64,000 nt of DNA from assembly GCA_050084985.1 (NCBI GenBank), contig JBITNC010000002.1, forward strand, positions 5,022,001 to 5,086,000, given 5' to 3'. The first letter of the stretch is position 1; every line of letters starts with the position of its first letter. Position numbers and translations under genes: made by a program. Below the pieces are notes generated by a model. The model had not been told where the DNA came from. It did no database searches and was given only the letters and a program-made list of their open reading frames with translations. Positions 55,301 through 64,000 of the stretch are shown here, piece after piece. The stretch comes from Nageia nagi (taxonomy: Eukaryota > Plantae > Pinophyta).

Positions 55301-57343
55301 ATGTATTGAAGGTAATGAAAGGTAAGAGGATAATTTTAATTCATTTATCTTCTCAAATGTTATATACAAATTATCAAAGAAGACTAACAAGAGAACAAGC
55401 ACAAGAGATAGATCAAGTTTTGATAAGACTTGAAAACTTGAGAATGTATGATGATGATGAAGGTGAGACTATATGTGATGTTGTTAACTATGCTTTAATG
55501 ACTACTGTTGAGTTGGAAGAGGAAATCAACTCTATCAATTCTATAAAAAGGAATGATACTTAGGAGGTTGTTGAGCTTCAAAAAGGTAAAAAAGTGTGTG
55601 GGTTCTAAATGGATCTACAAGATAAAATGATGGAAGCATTGAGAGACACAAGACAAGGCTTGTGGCAAATGGGAAGCCAAATGGACCAAGGAAACCTTTG
55701 CACCAATGGCAAGGCAATAAACCATAAGGTTGGTCCTTTCTTTGGCTTCCCATAAAGGTTGAAAAGTACATCATATGGATGTTAAAAGTCCATTCTTAAA
55801 TGGCTATTTGGAAGAGGAGGTTTATATTCAACAACCTCAAGGTTTTGAAATAAAAGGAGGAGAAAATATTATGTATAAGTTGAAGAAGTCTTTGTATGAT
55901 CTTAAGCAAGCTCCAAGAGCTTGATATTCAAGGATTGATGTAGGATACTTCCACCAATATGGCTTCACAAGGAGCAAGAGTGAACCTACCCTATACCTCA
56001 TGAAAAAAGGTAATGATATCTTACTTGTTTGTTTTTATGTTGACAATTTGATATACATGGGTATTAGTTCAATGTTGAATGATAATTTCAAGAATTTAAT
56101 GTTGAAAGAGTTTGATATGAAAGATCTAGGTTTGATACACTATTTTCTTGGTATGGAGGTGTATCAAAGAGAAGGTGAGCTCTTCATTTATCAAACTAAA
56201 TATGTTAATGAAATGTTGAAGAAAATTGGCATGAAGAATAGTAAACTAGTTCCAAGACCAATATCTCATGGTGAATTATTCTGTAAAGATGATGGAGTTG
56301 AAAGAGTTGATGTGGCCACTTATAGAAGCATTATTGGAAGCTTGATATTTCTCACAAACTCTAAACCATATATTGCTCATGTTGTTTTAATTGTATTAAG
56401 GTATATGAGTGATCCTTTTGAAATACACTTGAAAGCAACTAAAAGAAATTTGAGGTATGTGAAAGGTACAACTGATCTTGGTATTCATTATTACAAAAAT
56501 GATGATGTGAAATTACTTGGCTTTAGTGATTAAGATTGGGGAAGTAATTTGGATGATAGAAAATCTACATAAAAAAATTGCTTCAATCTTGAGTCTGAAA
56601 TAATTACATGAAGTTCAAGAAAGAAAAGCACAATTGCTCTATCTTATACAAAAGCTAAGTATATTGCAATCACAAGTGCTAGTACTCAACCATTATGGCT
56701 TAGGAAAGTACTTGAAGAAATTGGTGAGAAACAAGATGGTCCTACTAATCTCTTATGTGACAACATTAGTGCCATTCAGTTGGCAAATAACCTCTTTCAC
56801 AATAGTAGGTCCAAGCATTGATATGAAGTATCACTTCATATGTGACATGGTGGAGAAAAATATCATTAAGCTAATGCATTGTAACACCCTTGTTAACATA
56901 GCTAACATATTCACTAAAGGGGTTGACAAGGCTCAAATTTTGAAGTTAAGGAACCTTCTTGTAAGTCCACTCAATGTCAAGAGGGAGAATGTTGGATTTC
57001 CCTCTTAAACTCACGAAACCCATGCCATACCTTGCCTAATTTCAGGACGCTCATGTCATGTGAACAAATCTTGGCAATTTCCATTTTTTAGTCATTTTTG
57101 TATTTTTCTTTGGCTTGTAAATTGCATATTCCATGCAAAATTTAATTGTGATAATTTGGAACTCGTAGGATTATAGTGTAGTACTTTGTTATGTTTGTTT
57201 CATGGATTTCATGTTGTTTTCTAGTAGATTAGTTGGTTCATGAGAATATCATTCTCAAACAGTCATTTTGTAATCAAGAACTATACATATATGTACTCTA
57301 TCATTTTGATATTATAAAGAGAATAATCATTTTGTAATTCTCA
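52390..57343 (+). mobile_element. Ty1/Copia element B, full-length, decayed
   Basis: LTRs 52390-52754 and 56990-57343, TSD AATAT/ACTAT, PBS TGGTATTAAAGC at 52758, PPT AAGAGGGAGAA. gag, PR, INT (LVHFDICG), RT (FYVDNLI), RNaseH remnants. Confidence 0.92.
55100..55247 (+). repeat. ~75-bp direct tandem duplication in the INT-RT linker of Copia B
   Basis: CAAATGTGGATCCCAATGTTCAAACAAA..TATTCCAAGCCCCACAAATT occurs twice. Confidence 0.85.
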
Positions 57344-58132
57344 ACTATACTTATTAAGAAACAAAAGCAAAAAATAAAAGATAACCTCAAGCAAATTGCA
57401 AAAAGAAGTATACCAAGAAGAGAAACTTACACACTAAGGAAGAAGTGGGAAAGCAAATCCTTGAAAGCAAAGACATGCATAACTTAGGGATGAGGACTAA
57501 GACAATATCATGTGGGTAAGAAAATCTCCAACTAGAAGCATGTATTGCAGTATGAATTTGCAGACACACTAGTTGAGGGTATGTATAAGCACAAACATAA
57601 GAGGATTAGTGGATCTCCAAATAAGATAAAAATGAACGAAAATGATAAAAATGAAAATCAAAGCCATAATGATAGAAAACAAAAAAAAAATATTGTAAGG
57701 ATCAACATAATGGAGACCAAAGTGCAAACAAACAAGAAACATGGGAGTAAAGTCTAAGGTCAAATAGAGGCAAGGTCGAGCATAAGTGATAAAAGGAACT
57801 ACCAAGACACTTTATCATGTGACGTAGAAAGAGGGGTCAATAAGAGATGCAAATTCATGGGACAAAAATAGATTTGAAGGGTTGAAACAGAGTTAAGAAA
57901 AACACAAAAATAGATAAATATTTGCAATAGTCCAAGATTTCATGATACTTAGTTATATTTTAAACATTCAAATAACAAACTACTTATTCAAGCGATGGAT
58001 AAAATAAATGAATTTTATGATAAAATTTAAAAAATAAGAAATAATAATTTATTAAAAAAACATAAGACTATACTTCTATTATTTCTCCCCTAAAAAAATA
58101 TGATAAAAAAGAGAATTTAATACTAGTCCTTA

Positions 58133-58543
58133 GAGGAGAGGAGCCAATAGTGATGTACCCTAATTTTATGCCTATTAAAATCCAACCTAATAAAGTCGAA
58201 TTGTTCTAAATTTTTTATTGCTTCTTTCTTGTTTAGTTGTCTACTTATAACTAAGGTTTCAAGTCGTCATCATCAAATTTGATAGGTTAATTACACATCA
58301 TCGCAGAAACTATCCAAGATAACACTTTTCTAAACTCATATCTATTGCTGTCAATTACAACCCCCATCATCAATTGCACTTGCAACACTAGTTGAACATT
58401 AAGTCGAATGAGTAATTAACCTATCAAATTTGATGATAATTAAACAAGGAAGAAGCTATAAAAAATCTAAAATGATTTAACTTTATTAAATTAATTTTTA
58501 AGAGATATAAAATTAAGATACATCACTAGTGAATCCTCTTCCC
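58133..58543. mobile_element. MITE / foldback element with ~140-bp TIRs
   Basis: Arms about 58133-58298 and 58408-58543 are reverse complements (e.g. ATCATCAAATTTGATAGGTTAATTAC); TA on both flanks. Confidence 0.85.
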
Positions 58544-59227
58544 TATCAATAATAAATTTAAAATAATTACTTATAATATATTATTTACATAATAATTTAT
58601 AAAAATAGATAATTTAATACACGACTATTGAACCAAATATATTCTACAAATAGACAAATATAAGAACTTGCTCCCCTAGTGTATCGTCTTGAAAGCCAAC
58701 TTTTGTCTTTGCACTAGACTTTCTCATGAAGAAACATAAATAATATTTCTATGTTTGAAGAGAATAAAAATAATAGCTTCTCAAATTTACCTCTACAATA
58801 TGGAGTGTTCTGACCCACACCTTTCGGTATATACTTTTGTCCGATTTCATGTCCAGATTCTAGATTGTCTTCAAACGCTTGCAGGTCCTCGGAATTTGCA
58901 AGAATTGCTACTTTTTAACAAATTCACATGCAAAACTACCATCCTACTGGTATCTTTTCACGTTCTCCATGTGTTTAATCACTGAACTTAAATCAGTTCC
59001 TCGGAGGTTGTTGTGTTTTGAATAGATTTAGAATTCATTTTTTCAACTTTCATTCTCTTATATGAAATATTCTCAAACGTTTTGCTACTACAGAATGTGC
59101 TCAACATATGGAGTGCTTGACCCCTTGAATGGTAGGTGCAACAAACTTTCTTCTGGTTTGGTTTCTCACTATTCCAAAAAGAAGTAATTGTCTATATCTG
59201 CAACTCGCTTCCTCAGTTGATGTGAAC

Positions 59228-59345
59228 GAAGTTCATGACTATCCAATTCATTTCTCCGAACTTGATGAGCACGCAAGTCGTTTATCTGAATTTCATGAAC
59301 ACCCAATTCGTTTTTTCTGAAGTCAAGGACACCCAATTGCTTCCT
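59228..59345 (+). repeat. Imperfect 30-bp tandem repeat (x4) upstream of the lipase ATG
   Basis: GAAGTTCATGACTATCCAATTCATTTCTCC / GAACTTGATGAGCACGCAAGTCGTTTATCT / GAATTTCATGAACACCCAATTCGTTTTTTCT / GAAGTCAAGGACACCCAATTGCTTCCT. Confidence 0.7.
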
Positions 59346-59388
59346 ATGCACGCCCACATTTGAGTTTGAACAAAACAGAATCCCAAGG

Positions 59389-60093
59389 ATGTGTGTTTTG
59401 AATTGTTTGCCATTGGTGGAAACAGTTTATCTGGCAGCTTTGTTTAGATGGGCATGGAAGAGATGCATATATACAGGATCCGAAGACAGCAAGACATGGG
59501 GGACTGCCACATTCGATGACTTTGAACCAGTACCCAGAATGTGTAGGCTTGTCCTAGCTGTCTATGAGGAGGACTTAGAAAATCCCATGTGGGCACCACC
59601 AGGAGGCTACCAGATTGACACCCACAATGTTGTCAAGAGAGTGGGTAATCTTGAAACTGCAGGGATGGCACCGCCATATTTGATTTATGTCGATCACAGG
59701 GCTAAAGATATTGTTCTTGCATTTAGGGGGCTTAGTATGGTTAGGGAGAGTGATTATGCTGTGTTATTGGATAACAGATTAGGGCAGGAGCTGTTTGAGG
59801 GAGGTTATGTGCATCATGGTCTTCTTAAGTCTGCGGTTTGGGTATTTGAGAAGGAGGTGGAGACCTTGAGAGAGTTGCATAGCAGATACCCTAATTATGT
59901 TCTGACTTTTACTGGACACTCTTTGGGATCTGGCATTGCCTCCCTGTTGACCCTGGAAGCTGCAAGAAACAGGGAGTTGTTGGGAAATATTCCAAGGAAG
60001 CAGATCAGATGCTATGCAATTGCTCCCGCACGATGTGTTTCGCTCAATCTGGCTGTGCGTTGCGCAGATATAATCAACTCTGTTGTCTTACAG
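59389..60093 (+). CDS. Class-3 lipase / alpha-beta hydrolase (Lipase3_N + Lipase_3, DAG-lipase-like), first coding exon; gene continues beyond the window
   Basis: RWAWKRC..., PVPRMCRLVLAVYEEDL, PPYLIYVDH, GYVHHGLLKSA, nucleophile elbow GHSLG, CYAIAPARC, ending at INSVVLQ. The expected continuation (DDFLPR...) is not seen, so an intron probably starts at CAG|GCAAGT (60094). Confidence 0.9.
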
Positions 60094-60455
60094 GCAAGTA
60101 CACACAGAATTTTTACAATTAGGCTTTTGTTTTCAAAATTATGCTCAATGAGGAATCCAAAGCTTGGAAGTTTTCAAAACACTAATTAACTCATTTACAC
60201 AAGCTTGCAACACTTTTTCCCCAAAATTTATGTTTAACTCATTGATGTTCATGCATAACGCACGTAAGGACTTCAACAATAGTATCCCATGACCACATTA
60301 TACTCTACCATTAGTACACTGGATGAAACAGAACTTCATTCAAGATGTGTGTGTAATTTAATTAATCACTAAAACCATAGGATCCCCGTGATTGCATCAT
60401 TCCTATGATTGGTACAATATAGAAGGCATAAATCAAATTTTTGTTTTGTAATAAT

Positions 60456-61465
60456 TGTTGGAAATATAATCTTACTTAGGATCTAGGTGAAATATTTTCT
60501 TTTCAGTGGAATGATGTAAACACAAGTTTAAACTAAGGTGTTAGAAATATTAACCTTTACTTGGTGTTTAGGTTAAGATAGGTGAGAGTATTTATTACTT
60601 TGTATTTATTTTATTAAGTCGTTATTCCAAAGGTGTTCTTACAATTATTTTTTCCTTTTATAAGGTTCCTCATGAGGATGATTCATTTGTAACTCCTTTT
60701 ATGAGAAATCTTACGTAACTTTATGTGTCACATGCATGCATCCTTCTCTAATGCATGGTGGCAATATTAGAGATTGAAGTTACTTATGCACCTCCCCCTC
60801 TCATCTCTATATGCAAATAAAGCTTAAAAGAGGGTGTTACAAATGTTAACTTTTACTTGTGTTTAGGTTAAGATAGGTGAGGGTATTTATTTTATTAAGT
60901 TGTGAGGAAATATTACAAAGGAATCGCTAGAACTATTTTGTCCTCTTATGAGGCTTTTCATGCATGTGTGAAGATGATTCATTTGTAGCTCTTCTTCAAA
61001 TCTCATGTGGCCTTATGCGTCACATACATGATTCCTTCTCAAATGCAAATTGGCAATATTATAAATAAGAGTTACTTGCAACTCTCCCTCTTCCCTCTAT
61101 ATGTAGAGGTGCTCCTCCTTCATTCTTCACATTGAATGATGGCATAGAGTAGAGTTATAATGTTAATTTGTCTAGTGATTAAGTTGAAGTAGTGTAGTTA
61201 TTGCATCTATGTAATACTTTTTACTATTGCCATTTTCATTAATATATGAGAGTGTTTTCTTTTCTTTTGCCCCCTTAAGAACTTTCTTGTCTCCTTTTCA
61301 TTTTGGTGATGAATACCTTCTATTTTGGTGCGGCCTAACCTATACTTGTTACTTGGATGCTTTTCATGTGGTTTTGAACTTCATCACACTTTGATTAATG
61401 ATACTATTCCTCAACTTTGTACTCATAAGATAAGTTTTTATTTTTTATAATCCATATTTCTTACA
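60456..61465 (+). mobile_element. Composite LTR remnant in the lipase intron
   Basis: TGTTGGAAATAT...ATATTTCTTACA, TSD ATAAT; internal ~280-bp duplication (starts at 60539 and 60835). Confidence 0.7.
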
Positions 61466-61799
61466 ATAATATTAAGCTCCACAAACATCCCTTTGTAGTC
61501 CATCATACTATTGTTAGCCATTGATACTCGAAGATATTGAATTTAAAGCATAAGAATGTCAGGAAGTTGTGTCTGTGAGTGCTATTATAATGTTCTGAGG
61601 GCTATTGCAATTTATTCCTCAACCTTAGTCTTAAACTCAAATATTGTTCTATACTTATTTCCAATGTGGTAGCAAGTGAAGCTGTTAGAATCTTTCTTTG
61701 AGTTGGTCTTCAATCATCAATTTACTCAACAATGTCTAAGAGATCTGCCGATTACCTTTTGATTGTTCAATATGAAGGATAAGAGAGCAATTAGATTAT

Positions 61800-62960
61800 G
61801 TGATTCCTTTATAGGTTACTGAAATGTGAGAGTCAGGGTTCTTTTAATGGGCTATATTTCGCCAATTGTCAAATTTCCACAAAACATTTAAAAGAATAAA
61901 TTCATAAATCAACAAATGTTCCAAAAAACATGCAAAAACTTCATGTAAACCACAAATAAGATTGTTATATTCACCAAAACTTAATTGTATCAATAAGGAG
62001 CTTATGTTATTTCTCAAAGATTTTCCTATCATTCACATTTTCCTTGGTTTTCAAAATGAAAATTTTTGCCTATCCTTCAACATAGGTAAAAAATTTCCCA
62101 TTCATTCAAATTTTCCCTGATAAGTGCTAGTCTTATTATAAAGTTTTTGCTTGGTCAATGGCCTCGTCAGGAGTGGTAGGCTTAAAAGCTTTAATAGATC
62201 CTCTAAATAAACTCTTATAGATTTCAATCCGTATAGCAAGTACATTCTAGGGAATAAAGAGTGGTAGGCTTAAAAGCTTTAACAGTTCCTCTAATAAACT
62301 TTTATAGTTTTCAATGTTTATGGCAATAACATCGCAGGGATTAATATTTTCTTCAGGCAATTGAGTATGATGAAGCCCTTTGCAATAATATGCCACAGTG
62401 CAAATTGCTTTAGGCTCATTAGGGCCAACAAGCAATCCTCTTTAGTATAAGTCTGGTTATGAGATATAAGTTTATAACATTCAAGAGGGAATTTGGACAA
62501 TTTAATATAAAGGTCTTTGCTCTTTTGAATGCCTCCATCAAACTTAGGAATGAGAATTCTCTCCTTTACTTTCAGTTGTTGGAATGACCATTCCGGTTCT
62601 ATTGATTACAATGGCAATCACCCTCTCTTCTAACGTTTTCTGTAAGACTATTCAAATAAGGGGACTCGTGAGGTTTTAAGACAATTAAAACCTCTTTAAA
62701 AGTTGAACTTTTAAAGAGGTTTTAACAGAAGCAAAAAAGAACAACATTATGAATATGGTAGTTGATTTTACATAGGGTCTCGAGGATGGCAATGGCAGGA
62801 TAACTGGGATGCATTTCCAGTCTAATTTGGGATAGGAGGCCTTTTTCCTGGTATGGCAAATTAGAAAATGCAAAGAAATAAGAGAAATGAGAAAATTACT
62901 CCAAAATATTTCCATTATACCATATTCCATTGCATCGTTTCAATAAGTCTTTAGACTACT
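61800..62960 (-). mobile_element. Degenerate LINE 3' fragment in the lipase intron
   Basis: zf-RVT-like ICGLHE..LEHLL and LWKFDNWRN remnants; weak. Confidence 0.35.
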
Positions 62961-63017
62961 GCTATACAATAATTACCAACATGGACATGTACATTATAAT
63001 TAGAGCATGAGATAGAC

Positions 63018-64000
63018 TGTGATATCCCTTTTGGATAATTGTAATTAATTGTGGGATTCGAAAGATTCCTCTTTGTAATATACTTTATTCATGTATTTAC
63101 ACTTTATAATTGTAACTTAGGATAGGAGACTTAATGGGTCAATGGACCCCACTGTGAGGCCCAAGTGGGACGTCTCCCTCCTAAGTGGTAGATTAGGCAT
63201 TTATTGTATTGGAGATCCCGAATTGTGGGAATCCCAAGGTATATTTATGCATGAGAGTGATGGACGACCACCAGCATGCTAGTGCCATACTGGGGAGGGC
63301 CCCACACCCCCATGTTGGCTCATGAGGACTCCAGGATCCCCACATTGGCACTTTAAGTGCTAGGGACCCCATGTTGGCATTATGAGTGATCATGACCCCC
63401 ACGTTGGCACTTTAAGTGATTGGGCCCCCCAAAAGCCTAACGTTGGATTAGATGGGCCTGGGATGACTCCTAGGTGAGATCCGAACATGAGTAATGTATA
63501 AATAGACATTTGGAGCTTCATTACTGGACACCACTTATGGATTATTACTTCTACTACAGTCCTTCAGACACAAGTCTTAGTTAGCAGTGCTAAGCAACAC
63601 TTCCTAGGCAGAGCATCTAGAGGGTAGTCAGGCTGAGGGATACTGTCTATCTATGGCATTGGTGGAGCACCTTTGCCCATCCGGTGGCATTCCGAGGGTT
63701 TACCTCTACCATTCAGTCGGTTAGCCAAAGTTTGAGGAGGGCTCCTTCAGTGGAGAGAATTCGAGATCTAAGGGGCTAGATCTATCTCATGGTTCCATAG
63801 TTTGTCCAGCATTGGAGATATCAATTATTGTGCACTAGTTGGGTCCTTGGAGGCCAACGACTACGCATTGGGTTTGGTATTGTATTGCATTTAGTGTATA
63901 TCATTTGTATACAACCAGAGGGCATGGGATCTCATTGTGTTGTGTATTCCATACTTGTGCATGCGTTGGATTGATTATGCTCATTGTGCATGTATGAGCC
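63018..64000 (+). mobile_element. Gypsy-type LTR (related to the LTRs at 42679/46892), truncated by the window end
   Basis: Starts TGTGATATCCCTTTT. Colinear similarity to the reverse complement of 43250-43479 (TTGTAAC..ATAGGAGA..TGGGA.GTCTCCCTC..GAATCCCAAGGTATA). Internal ~29-bp tandem repeats at 63305-63430. Confidence 0.7.

Noticed and set aside
60094-60189. C-terminal tail of ORF 59389-60189
   Set aside because: No family similarity after VVLQ; interpreted as intron read-through.

Overview
AT-rich plant nuclear DNA. The PPR motifs and retroelement style suggest a gymnosperm, but that is inference. Two host genes are divergently oriented. One is a complete 7-exon GH3 beta-D-xylosidase (BXL7-like, minus strand, 16587-23465, 779 aa when spliced). 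The other is the first coding exon of a class-3 lipase (plus strand, 59389-60093), which apparently ends at a GC donor and continues beyond the window. The rest is mostly decayed, nested transposons (Gypsy, Copia, LINE, TRIM-like, MITE, CACTA), many with LTRs/TIRs and target-site duplications resolvable by eye. The most unusual part is 4.1-11.9 kb. It holds a non-autonomous CACTA element (TSD GTG) that carries a captured PPR-gene fragment folded into a ~128-bp inverted repeat. It also holds a mosaic of PLS/DYW-PPR pseudogene pieces with importin-beta fragments, one of which is joined to PPR sequence through apparent microhomologies. All alignments and family assignments were made by eye, without database searches.
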